Assembly: GCA_963663385.2 (NCBI GenBank)
Contig: CAXXXD010000003.1
Location: 992,001-1,056,000 of the forward strand
DNA: 64,000 bases
From: Oceanispirochaeta sp.
Lineage (GTDB): Bacteria > Spirochaetota > Spirochaetia > DSM-2461
Reading direction: 5' to 3'
This document shows positions 9,157 to 18,338 of this stretch, piece by piece. Each line of letters opens with the position of its first letter. The stretch's first letter is position 1. A program made the position numbers and the translations under genes. Under the pieces are notes generated by a model. The model saw only the letters and a list, made by a program, of their open reading frames with translations. It did not search any database and was not told the origin of the DNA.

Positions 9157-10335
9157 ATGAGTAAGTATAATTTCAGCAGTGTTATTGACAGGGCGGGAAC
9201 TTCGGACTGTAAAACCAGTGAAGAAATGATAAAAAACCTGTTTGATCTGAATTATTACGACGATACCATTTCCATGTGGGTTGCGGATATGGACTATTCC
9301 TGTCCTCCCCTGGTTCTGGATGCCCTGAAAGAGAGAGTCGACAGGTTGATTCTCGGGTATACCATGGAAAGCGATGCCTATTATAACAGTATTATCGACT
9401 GGTATAAAAGAAGGCATCAGATGGTGATCAAAAAAGAGTGGCTTCTCTACAGTAATGGTACAGTGACGGCCATCAGGAACTGTCTGAGGGCTTTTACCGA
9501 GGCCGGAGACGGGATCATCATTCAGCCGCCTGTCTACTATCCCTTCGAAAATCAGATAAATGAAACAAAGCGAAGGGTTGTCAGAAATAACCTTCTTGTT
9601 GATGAAAACAACAATAACTCCATAGACTTTGAAGGCTTTGAAGCACAGTGCAGAGATCCCCGGAACCGGATGTTCATATACTGTAACCCCCATAATCCGG
9701 TCGGGACTGTCTGGAGCAGGGAAGATACGCAAAGGCTTCTGAAGATCTGTAACGACAATGATGTTCTGTTTTTTGCCGACGAGATTCACTGCGATCTTAT
9801 CCGGGAAAACAGTCTATTCACATCTGCCCTGAATCTGGAATCCAATGACAAATTAATCGTAGCAACAGCTGTAAACAAAACGTTTAATGTCGCCGGGCTT
9901 CATATAACGAATCTGGTAATCCGAAACGAAAATCTCAGAAATACCCTTATTGAGTATACAGGTCATATTTCCATCTCTCCCTTTGCTCTGGAAACAACCA
10001 TAACCGCATACAATGAGTGCGAGGACTGGCTGGTTCATCTGAACCGGGCCATAGATGAAAACCTTAACTATATGGACGCTTTTATCAAAAAGTATCTGCC
10101 TGAAGTGAAGTTTAATAAACCGGCCGGGACCTATCTGGCCTGGCTGGATTTCAGTGCCTACGGTATGACGGAAGGTGAGATCCTGGCGGTTATGGCGGAT
10201 AAGGCCCATATCATTGTAGAGGGCGGATCCATATTCGGCGGCAGTGGAGACGGGTTTGTCAGGATGAATGTATCCTGTCCGAAGGATGTTCTGATGGAGG
10301 CCCTGGACAGGATCCGAACAGTCTTCGGCAGTTAG
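9157..10335 (+). CDS. MalY/PatB-family PLP-dependent C-S lyase (cystathionine beta-lyase-like)
   Basis: MWVADMD, CNPHNPVG, DEIHCD, NKTFN (PLP Lys), GTYLAWLD and GFVRMN. Confidence 0.9.
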   Translation: MSKYNFSSVIDRAGTSDCKTSEEMIKNLFDLNYYDDTISMWVADMDYSCPPLVLDALKERVDRLILGYTMESDAYYNSIIDWYKRRHQMVIKKEWLLYSNGTVTAIRNCLRAFTEAGDGIIIQPPVYYPFENQINETKRRVVRNNLLVDENNNNSIDFEGFEAQCRDPRNRMFIYCNPHNPVGTVWSREDTQRLLKICNDNDVLFFADEIHCDLIRENSLFTSALNLESNDKLIVATAVNKTFNVAGLHITNLVIRNENLRNTLIEYTGHISISPFALETTITAYNECEDWLVHLNRAIDENLNYMDAFIKKYLPEVKFNKPAGTYLAWLDFSAYGMTEGEILAVMADKAHIIVEGGSIFGGSGDGFVRMNVSCPKDVLMEALDRIRTVFGS

Positions 10336-10629
10336 ATAAGCGGGTAACATATATCCGGAGAAAGGGTGTTTCACCTCCTGGTACAACCGGAAAAAACAGC
10401 CCTCTTGTCTTACAAGTATTCCTTAAGATTGAACCGGTCAGGTATAGTGTGATACGTTCTATCCCGGATGAAGTTTCAGCGTTTGAACGCCGGCGGAAGA
10501 GAATCAGGGAAGAATCGCTTTTTCGCGCTCCGAACTTCTTGCAGTCTATCTGCATACCCTGATATCAATCTGTTGAGGATTCTATCAGGAGTGGTGTTTT
10601 CTTCGACAGGATATTTTCGAGGAGGATCC

Positions 10630-13407
10630 ATGATCTCAAAAAACAAATCAGCATTACTATTTTTATTATTAAGTCTCATTGCTTCTCTCAGCGCCCAGTA
10701 CGCTCCGGGAGTTGACTGGAAAACTGTCGATACGGAACATTTTCAAATTATATTCCCTGAGGAAATCTCAGAGCAGGCACTGGTCCTGGCTGGAAAAATT
10801 GATCTGATATACGAAGCGGAATCGATGGATTTCGCCGATGTACGGATGTCGAAATGGCCTATAGTTTTAACCCATTCCAGCATGGAAGCCAATGGTTATG
10901 TTGCCTTGTCTCCCAGGAGGAGTATCTGGTACAGCTCACCGATTGCTGAAGAATGTACGGCGCTGGAATGGTATGACCTTCTGGGGCTTCATGAAACCAG
11001 GCATATGGTACAGTACGATCGCCTGAACAGCCGCCTGATTCATCTGCTGTATCTTCTTTCGGGGCAGAACGGGATTAACCTTGGAATTGCTTTCGGAGTA
11101 CCCGACTGGTACTTTGAAGGGGATGCGGTGGCAACGGAAACCCTCTACTCCGAGTCGGGGAGAGGACGGGATCCCCTTTTTTATCGGGGAATGCGGGATG
11201 TCGTGACAAATCAGGATTTCAGCTATTCAAAAATGGTGAACGGTTCCTGCAGGGATTGGGTTCCCGATCATTATGAGCTGGGGTATTTTTTAACATCCTA
11301 TGTAAAGAATACCTATGGAGAGGACAGCTTTGACCGGATTTTGAAAGCGCCCACTCTTCTTCCGTTCCCTTCCTTCGGTATGTACCTTGGTTCAAAAAAA
11401 GTTACAGGTCTCTCCTGGTCTCGACTGTATGAAAAGATGGCGGAAGATCTTAAAACCCAATGGGAAGAACAGGTTCAAAGGGTGAAATTGATAGATAATA
11501 CAGCCCTGACTTCAGAGTCGAATGATCGGGTCGTGCAATGGGAACCTGTCTCGATTGAAAACAACCGGATACTGGCCAGGCGGATATCCCTCTCGGAACC
11601 GGCGGCACTGGTCCGTATTACAGAAGAGGGGATGGAAGATGTGATGCGGGTACCCGGATACGGCTCCATCACCATCGGGGGGGATAAAGCAGCCTGGTCG
11701 GTTATAAGGCCTTCTCTGCATCACGCCGATCAGAGCTGGTCGGACATTGTTACGGTTAACCTTGAAACCGGAACCAGAAAAGACCTCACAAAAAAGAAGC
11801 GCTTTATGATGCCCTCCTATAACCATACGGGAGATGCCATAGCCGTTGTCGAATGGAGCAGGGAGAGAACAGGATCAATTGTTCTGCTTGATGATACAAC
11901 CGGGCAGGAGACAGGCCGTTTTCCTGTTGATAAAGATCTCTTCCCGGCTAATCCCGCCTGGTCGGATGATGACAGGACTCTCTATTTTACAGTTCAGGGA
12001 CATGAAGGCAGGGCGATCGCCGGTATACCGCTGGATACGGGAAAAATGTTTCTTCTGACAGATTTCTCCATGGAAAAAATCAAGAACATCCATGTCTGGG
12101 AGCAGTACATCCTGTACAGTTCGGATTTGAGCGGTCTGGAGAATGTTATGGCAGTTGATACGGTTACGGGAAAGAAATATCAGGTGTCATCCCGTCTGAA
12201 TGGTGTGGTAAAACCCATGGCGGGGAGATTCGGGGATAAAGAGATCCTTTTATACGGTGAATTTGCAGCGGGGAGCAGCAGGAATCTTGCTGTACAGGAT
12301 CTGGATGAGTCCGCCTGGATTCCGGAAGAGGATATAGAAACCCTCTCATTTGTCTACTACGGAGAGGATAATGTAACTAAGGGATCTGCCGAATGGAATC
12401 TGGAACGGTTTAGGGAAGAAGCCGGAAATTACAGCCTGGATGATATCAGGGATTATTCGCTGTTCAAGGGGGATTTCAATGTTCATTCCTGGGGCGTGGG
12501 CAGTGAGACTTCCGATACCGAAATTTCCCTTCAGGTTGAATCTGCTGATCTGATGGGTACCATGAACTGGACACTGGGAGGGGCTTACAATACAAATGAA
12601 AAATCTTCCGGTGCTTTTTTAAATCTGGAATGGAAGCAGTTTTATCCTGAATTCTCCTTCGAAAACGAGTACTGGTACCGGGAAATAGACAGTATTGACA
12701 GTCACGATCTATCTTCTACCGTTTCAGTATCTTTTCCTCTGAATGTAAGCAGGGGGTTCTGGATAAATGAAATTAACCCTTCCGCAGGACTGGGAATAGA
12801 TGCGGTTGTGAATCCTGATAACACGGGTGATCCCGATATGGATATACCGGTTCATTACGGCCTGGAATGGTCTGCCTATCTGCCGGGGAGCTATCAGAGC
12901 CTGCTGCCCCTATGGGGCGCCGGCCAGACCTTCTATTTTGAACACAATCCGCAACAGGATCAGGACCATTTCTTTTCCGGTTCCTCCACCTTCTACATGC
13001 CCGGAGGATTAAGGAACACCGGTCTCTCCCTGAGCGCTGCCTATGAGAATCAGACAGGGGGGTATTCCAGCCGCGTGCTGTTTTCGCGAGGATATGAAGC
13101 TGCCGAAAAGGAGCAGCTGTATCAGTTCCGGGGAAATTATGCTTTTCCCATTGCCTACCCCGATGCAGCGGTCGGCTCCTACTTTTATTTTAAAAGGTTG
13201 AGGGGCAAACTGTTCTATGATTACACAGCCCTGTATGATAAATGGTCCGATCAGAGCAGCTACCAGTCTGTGGGGGCTGAGCTGAGTCTGGACTTTACCG
13301 CTTTGAATATGAAAAACCTCCCCCTGAGTATGGGGCTCCGCTTTTCATGGCTGATTGAAGAGGAAAAACCGCAGATAGAGTTTCTGTTAATGGATGTGGC
13401 TCTGTAG
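10630..13407 (+). CDS. Large exported protein: gluzincin-like metallopeptidase + TolB-like propeller + probable beta-barrel
   Basis: Signal peptide (SLSA-Q), WKTVDTEHFQIIFP, HETRH plus WYFEGDAV, PSYNHTG/PAWSDDD propeller repeats, and C-terminal SVGAELSLDF strands. GGAGG RBS before ATG 10630. Confidence 0.65.
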   Translation: MISKNKSALLFLLLSLIASLSAQYAPGVDWKTVDTEHFQIIFPEEISEQALVLAGKIDLIYEAESMDFADVRMSKWPIVLTHSSMEANGYVALSPRRSIWYSSPIAEECTALEWYDLLGLHETRHMVQYDRLNSRLIHLLYLLSGQNGINLGIAFGVPDWYFEGDAVATETLYSESGRGRDPLFYRGMRDVVTNQDFSYSKMVNGSCRDWVPDHYELGYFLTSYVKNTYGEDSFDRILKAPTLLPFPSFGMYLGSKKVTGLSWSRLYEKMAEDLKTQWEEQVQRVKLIDNTALTSESNDRVVQWEPVSIENNRILARRISLSEPAALVRITEEGMEDVMRVPGYGSITIGGDKAAWSVIRPSLHHADQSWSDIVTVNLETGTRKDLTKKKRFMMPSYNHTGDAIAVVEWSRERTGSIVLLDDTTGQETGRFPVDKDLFPANPAWSDDDRTLYFTVQGHEGRAIAGIPLDTGKMFLLTDFSMEKIKNIHVWEQYILYSSDLSGLENVMAVDTVTGKKYQVSSRLNGVVKPMAGRFGDKEILLYGEFAAGSSRNLAVQDLDESAWIPEEDIETLSFVYYGEDNVTKGSAEWNLERFREEAGNYSLDDIRDYSLFKGDFNVHSWGVGSETSDTEISLQVESADLMGTMNWTLGGAYNTNEKSSGAFLNLEWKQFYPEFSFENEYWYREIDSIDSHDLSSTVSVSFPLNVSRGFWINEINPSAGLGIDAVVNPDNTGDPDMDIPVHYGLEWSAYLPGSYQSLLPLWGAGQTFYFEHNPQQDQDHFFSGSSTFYMPGGLRNTGLSLSAAYENQTGGYSSRVLFSRGYEAAEKEQLYQFRGNYAFPIAYPDAAVGSYFYFKRLRGKLFYDYTALYDKWSDQSSYQSVGAELSLDFTALNMKNLPLSMGLRFSWLIEEEKPQIEFLLMDVAL

Positions 13408-13456
13408 AGTCAAAATACAGGAAGGGATTCAGAGATGCCTTCCTGGCTTTCCGAAC

Positions 13457-13474
13457 CCCGAGCGTAGTCGAGGG
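13457..13474. repeat. REP-like 18-mer CCCGAGCGTAGTCGAGGG, copy 1
   Basis: Identical 18-mer at 13913-13930. Confidence 0.75.
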
Positions 13475-13479
13475 GGGAA

Positions 13480-13558
13480 TCCATATCCTAATTCGACATC
13501 CCAGTCGAATTGTGCTCATCGATTCGCGCCGGATATTCCGCTTCGACTCCCGCAAGAC
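13480..13558 (+). repeat. 79-bp direct repeat, copy 1 (ends in a tRNA-Gly 3'-end-like segment)
   Basis: 3 mismatches versus 13684-13762; internal AATTCGAC...GTCGAATT hairpin. Confidence 0.9.
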
Positions 13559-13683
13559 AGTTGTTTAAATAATAAAATAATTCGCTCACACCCTTTGGGA
13601 GAGGAGGGGGAAGATAGGTTGTTTTTCGGGAACGGGGAATCCCTTCAAGGAGTTGGCATCCTGCCAACTCCTTCCAGGCCGGC

Positions 13684-13763
13684 TCCATATCCTAATTCGA
13701 CATCCCTGTCGAATTGCGCTCATCGATTCGCGCCGGATATTCCGCTTCGATTCCCGCAAGACG
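13684..13763 (+). repeat. 79-bp direct repeat, copy 2
   Basis: The repeat unit is 13684-13762. The segment TTCGATTCCCGCAAGACG (13746-13763) is identical to the T-loop/acceptor segment of the neighbouring tRNA-Gly but in the opposite orientation. Confidence 0.9.
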
Positions 13764-13772
13764 GATTTGGGT

Positions 13773-13807
13773 AAAAAAAAAGCTTAAACTGAAATAGTTT
13801 AAGCTTT
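13773..13807 (-). terminator. Rho-independent terminator of the tRNA-Gly pair
   Basis: Minus strand AAAGCTTAAACT-ATTTC-AGTTTAAGCTTT followed by a T run. Confidence 0.8.
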
Positions 13808-13815
13808 CATAGTAG

Positions 13816-13887
<72 letters not shown>

Positions 13888-13912
13888 AAATAATAAATAT
13901 AATATATCGCTT

Positions 13913-13930
13913 CCCGAGCGTAGTCGAGGG
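13913..13930. repeat. REP-like 18-mer, copy 2 (between the two tRNA genes)
   Basis: Identical to 13457-13474. Confidence 0.75.
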
Positions 13931-13943
13931 ACGAAATTGTTAA

Positions 13944-14015
<72 letters not shown>

Positions 14016-14045
14016 ATTTGCTATTTTTGCCCTTAGGCATGGAGG

Positions 14046-14075
14046 AATATAGCAAAAAAGCGGAATAGGCGTCAA
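14046..14075 (-). promoter_or_regulatory. Putative sigma-70 promoter for the tRNA pair
   Basis: Minus strand TTGACG-N18-TATATT with an extended TGn, about 30 nt upstream of the tRNA. Confidence 0.55.
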
Positions 14076-14190
14076 TACTTTTTTAAAAATAATTTTCAGG
14101 TTTTTTAAATCGATAAAAATCATGAAAAAATGCATGGATTTCCCATGTCAGACCTCTTTACATAAGTAAGGGTTTTTGACAGTATTCTGT

Positions 14191-15624
14191 ATGGAAAACA
14201 GAAGTATATATCGCAACATTTCCCCTCTGGATCATCGTTATTATCAATCCAATAAAGAGCTGTTCGAAAAATTGTCGGACAGATTAAGTGAAGAAGCGTC
14301 AGTTGCCTACTGTGTCAAGGCTGAAATGGCTCTCCTCAAAACTCATATCAAGCTACAGAATCTGGGGGACGATGCTTTAATTGCCTCTCTGGATAAAGTG
14401 GAAAAGTCCATTACTCCCGAAGAAGTTTATATCGAAGAAGAGAAAACCCAGCACAATATCCGTGCCCTTGTTAATGTCATTAATAGGAAAGTTTCAGAGA
14501 AACTGAAACCCTGGGTTCATATGGGCGCAACATCCGTTGATATTCTTGATACGGCCAATGCCATGAGAATGCGGGATGTTACCCGTGAAGTTATACTTCC
14601 TCTCCTTATGGAGCTGGAAGAAGAGCTGATCCGTATGGCAGATCAGGAAGCGGAAACCCCGCAGGTAGGGCGGACGCATGGCCAGCATGCTGTTCCTGTT
14701 ACCCTGGGATTCACACTGGCCGAATATGTTTCCCGGCTGGGACAGTCAATTGAAGAGCTGGAAAGGCTTTCAGCCGATCAGAGAGGAAAACTGGCCGGTG
14801 CTGTCGGCGGGTATAATGCCACAAGCATGATTACTTCGGATCCGCTGGCAATGGAAGAGATGTATCTGAATTATCTGGGACTGAAACCCTCCGAGTATTC
14901 CACACAGATGGTGGAACCGGAATACCTTTTACGGCTTCTTCTGGAATACAATACTGCCTTTGGGGTTGTTGCCAATCTGGCTGATGATCTGAGACACCTT
15001 CAGAGATCTGAAATAGATGAAGTAAGGGAGTTCTTCTCTGCCACCCAGGTTGGTTCCTCAACCATGCCTCAAAAGAGAAACCCCTGGAACTGCGAGCATG
15101 TAAAGAGTCTGTGGAAAGCTTTTGCTCCCAGAGTAATGACATTTTACATGGATCAGATATCCGAACATCAGAGAGACCTTTCCAATTCGGCTTCCGCCCG
15201 GTTCCAGGCAGACTTTATCGCCGGATTTGCGGCGGCGGCAGCCCGCATGAAGAAGATAGTAGCCGGCCTTGCAGTTAATAAAGAACAGCTTCGAAAAAAT
15301 TTGACAGCCGGCGGAGATTTCGTCCTGGCAGAACCGACCTACATCCTCCTGGCAATGTCCGGGGTTAACGACTCCCATGAAATTGTCAGAAAAATCACCC
15401 TTTCCTGTGAAAAATCGGGAAGAACCATTAAAGAGGTGCTTCAGGAAGAGCAGAAAGAGAGCTGGGAGAGAATCTCCTCCCAGCTTAAAGAGGTCACTGG
15501 ACTGGATGCGGAAGACTTTTACTCGGATCCTTCTCTCTATCGAGGCAAAACCGCAGAAAAGGCAAGAACCCTTTGCCAAAAATATACCGAATCCATCACA
15601 GCAATAAGGAGTAAACTGGCATGA
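14191..15624 (+). CDS. purB: Adenylosuccinate lyase
   Basis: ISPLDHRY, HMGATSVD, GRTHGQHA and the fumarate-lyase signature GSSTMPQKRNP; purine-gene context. Confidence 0.92.
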   Translation: MENRSIYRNISPLDHRYYQSNKELFEKLSDRLSEEASVAYCVKAEMALLKTHIKLQNLGDDALIASLDKVEKSITPEEVYIEEEKTQHNIRALVNVINRKVSEKLKPWVHMGATSVDILDTANAMRMRDVTREVILPLLMELEEELIRMADQEAETPQVGRTHGQHAVPVTLGFTLAEYVSRLGQSIEELERLSADQRGKLAGAVGGYNATSMITSDPLAMEEMYLNYLGLKPSEYSTQMVEPEYLLRLLLEYNTAFGVVANLADDLRHLQRSEIDEVREFFSATQVGSSTMPQKRNPWNCEHVKSLWKAFAPRVMTFYMDQISEHQRDLSNSASARFQADFIAGFAAAAARMKKIVAGLAVNKEQLRKNLTAGGDFVLAEPTYILLAMSGVNDSHEIVRKITLSCEKSGRTIKEVLQEEQKESWERISSQLKEVTGLDAEDFYSDPSLYRGKTAEKARTLCQKYTESITAIRSKLA

Positions 15625-17060
15625 TTCAGATTGAAGAAAAATACAGCTACGATGATGTCCTCCTGGTCCCTTCCTACGCGGATTTTTTACCCAGTGACAG
15701 TAATGTCAAAACCCGTCTGGCAGGGGATATCTACCTGAATGCCCCCATTATTTCAGCAGCAATGGATACGGTAACCGAGTATCAGATGGCTATCGCCCTT
15801 GCCCTTGAGGGAGGTGCCGGTGTTATTCACAGAAATCTCCCTCCCCAGGAGCAGGCTGCTCAGGTGGGGCGTGTTAAACGGTATCTTAACTGGGTTATCG
15901 AAAATCCCGTTACGGTTCAACTGGGACAGTCCCTGGGAGAAGTGGACAAGATCATGATGGAAACCGGTGTCACAGGACTTCCTGTTCTGGATAATGGAAA
16001 ACTGTGCGGAATTATAACCAACCGGGATATGCGGTTCTGTACGGACTTTTCCATGAAGGTTGAAGACCTGATGACCACAAAGATGATTCTTGAGAAAGGA
16101 ACGCCTTCTGTTGAATCGGCAGAGAAAAAATTCAACGAATACAAGGTTGAAAAACTGCCTGTTGTAGATAATCAGGGGCGTCTTACGGGTCTTATCACTG
16201 TAACGGATATGGAAAAACACAGAAGTTATCCCGATGCCGCTCTGGATTCCCACGGAAGCCTTATCGCGGGAGCGGCTGTCTCTCCCAACGATTTTGAACA
16301 GAGGATCCCTCTTCTGCTGGAAAAACGCTGTGACTTTGTTGTTCTGGATACGGCCCACGGCAACAGCCTGAGTGTTGTAAAAGCGGTGGAAGATATCAAG
16401 AAGAAATTCAATATAACCGTAATAGGCGGGAATGTTTCCGATGGAGATGGTGCACGGCGTCTGATTGAAGCGGGGGCTGATGCTGTAAAGGTCGGAGTCG
16501 GTCCCGGTTCAATCTGTACAACAAGAATCATAGCCGGAATCGGTGTTCCCCAGCTTTCCGCTGTAATGGAATCAGCCGAAGAGGCGGACAAACATAATAT
16601 TCCTGTAATAGCAGACGGAGGAATCAAGTACTCCGGCGATATCACCAAGGCAGTTGCAGCCGGAGCCAGCACTATAATGATTGGAAACCTGTTTGCCGGT
16701 CTTAAGGAATCCCCCGGCAAGGAAGTCATCTTTGAAGGGCGAATTTTCAAACAGTATCGCGGGATGGGATCTGTCGGTGCAATCAAGGAAGGCAGCGGTG
16801 ACCGGTACCAGATGAAAAAGGATGATGATCCGGTTCCCGAAGGGATTGAAGGACGTGTTCCCTATAAGGGCGAACTGAAACCCTATCTCAATCAGCTTGT
16901 TACCGGATTGAAAAAAGGTATGGGATATTGCGGATGTCGCAATATTGAGGAATTGCGCTCATATAAAAAGTTTGTTAAGATTTCCTCTGCCGGTTTGAGA
17001 GAGAGTCATGCCCATGATGTGAGCATTACTCAGGAAGCTCCTAATTATAGCCGCTACTAG
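15621..17060 (+). CDS. guaB: IMP dehydrogenase (with CBS pair)
   Basis: SAAMDTVT, GPGSICTTR, ADGGI, YRGMGS and PEGIEG. Confidence 0.97.
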   Translation: MIQIEEKYSYDDVLLVPSYADFLPSDSNVKTRLAGDIYLNAPIISAAMDTVTEYQMAIALALEGGAGVIHRNLPPQEQAAQVGRVKRYLNWVIENPVTVQLGQSLGEVDKIMMETGVTGLPVLDNGKLCGIITNRDMRFCTDFSMKVEDLMTTKMILEKGTPSVESAEKKFNEYKVEKLPVVDNQGRLTGLITVTDMEKHRSYPDAALDSHGSLIAGAAVSPNDFEQRIPLLLEKRCDFVVLDTAHGNSLSVVKAVEDIKKKFNITVIGGNVSDGDGARRLIEAGADAVKVGVGPGSICTTRIIAGIGVPQLSAVMESAEEADKHNIPVIADGGIKYSGDITKAVAAGASTIMIGNLFAGLKESPGKEVIFEGRIFKQYRGMGSVGAIKEGSGDRYQMKKDDDPVPEGIEGRVPYKGELKPYLNQLVTGLKKGMGYCGCRNIEELRSYKKFVKISSAGLRESHAHDVSITQEAPNYSRY

Positions 17061-17105
17061 CGTTTACTATACATTCCGGTCCTAGAAAACATTAAGGATG
17101 ATTAA

Positions 17106-18338
17106 ATGAAACTTGTTGTTATCGGTGCCCAGTGGGGTGACGAAGGCAAGGGTAAAATGGTGGATTACCTTGCAGAAGATGCGGATCTCGTAGTCAGATT
17201 TTCAGGCGGTGCCAACGCCGGTCATACCATTAAGGTAGGAGATCAGACATTTAAACTGCATCTTGTTCCCGCAGGTATCATCTATCCTGGTAAAATCGTT
17301 GCCCTGGGCAATGGCATGGTCATTGATCCTGAGTCTCTGTTTACAGAACTGGCGGGTATCAAGGAACAGGGGATTAACTGGGAGGGCCGGGTGTTCGTCT
17401 CCGACCGGGCACACCTGGTTCTGCCTTCCTATAAGAAAGAAGATCAGGAGATGGAAAGCAGACGGGCCCGGCCTATCGGTACAACCGGACGCGGAATCGG
17501 TGTAGCCTACAGCCGTAAAGCCGATCGGGATGGAATCCGTGTTGCAGACCTGTGGGACTCTGTTATCTGGGAATCCATGACAGAAGAGGACCGGAACTGG
17601 ATTCAGCCGTATAAAGACCTTCTCAAAGACATGAAGGTTAATATGGCTGGGTTCATGATGAGAAATAAAGACAAGCAAATCCTTCTGGAAGGAGCCCAGG
17701 GAGCTCTTCTGGATCTGGATCATGGTACCTATCCCTATGTTTCTTCAGGTATCTCTACCTGTTCCGGCGCGGCGCTGGGTGCCTCAATCGGTCCCAAGCA
17801 TATCGATAAAGCCCTGGGTGTATTCAAGGCGTATCAGACAAGAGTCGGGAACGGACCTTTCCCTACGGAAATGCTGAAAGAAGGTCCCGAACTGGATTTG
17901 GGAAATACGCTGAGAGAGCTGGGTCATGAGTACGGAACCACAACAGGCCGTCCAAGACGGATCGGTTACCTTGATCTGGTAGCTCTTAAATATGCCGGAT
18001 GGGTAAATAGTCTGGATGGTTTCATTCTGTCTCATCTCAACCTGTACGACGGTTTTGATCAGATGGAAGTCTGTGTAGCCTACGAGATCGACGGAGTGGA
18101 AACGACGGATTTTCCCTCTTCAACGGTTGATCTGGATAAGGTAAAACCAGTGCTGAAATCTCTGCCCGGCTGGGAAGGAAAGGTAGGAGACGCCCGTTGC
18201 TGGGATGATATACCAGAAGGGGCAAAAGCCGTTGTGAAATTTATTGAAGATTATACAAATATTCCCGTGGCCGGGTATTCTGTCGGTCCTCTGAGGGATG
18301 AAACATTTATGAAGGAGCCTGCGTGGATAAAATCCTGA
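17106..18338 (+). CDS. purA: Adenylosuccinate synthetase
   Basis: GAQWGDEGKG, GGANAGHT, EGAQG and GTTTGRPRRIG. Confidence 0.97.
   Translation: MKLVVIGAQWGDEGKGKMVDYLAEDADLVVRFSGGANAGHTIKVGDQTFKLHLVPAGIIYPGKIVALGNGMVIDPESLFTELAGIKEQGINWEGRVFVSDRAHLVLPSYKKEDQEMESRRARPIGTTGRGIGVAYSRKADRDGIRVADLWDSVIWESMTEEDRNWIQPYKDLLKDMKVNMAGFMMRNKDKQILLEGAQGALLDLDHGTYPYVSSGISTCSGAALGASIGPKHIDKALGVFKAYQTRVGNGPFPTEMLKEGPELDLGNTLRELGHEYGTTTGRPRRIGYLDLVALKYAGWVNSLDGFILSHLNLYDGFDQMEVCVAYEIDGVETTDFPSSTVDLDKVKPVLKSLPGWEGKVGDARCWDDIPEGAKAVVKFIEDYTNIPVAGYSVGPLRDETFMKEPAWIKS

Noticed and set aside
10468..10629. N-terminal extension of the 979-aa ORF
   Set aside because: A strong GGAGG RBS and a signal peptide point to ATG 10630 as the start.
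13480..13763. CRISPR array
   Set aside because: Only two units, 79 bp long with a 125-bp gap, and no cas genes.
13746..13763. attL/attR of an island integrated at tRNA-Gly
   Set aside because: The tRNA fragment is inverted rather than direct, lies only about 50 bp from the tRNA, and there is no integrase or cargo.
14016..14190. Purine or ZMP riboswitch ahead of purB
   Set aside because: No consensus elements seen; the region is short, AT-rich and shared with the tRNA promoter.
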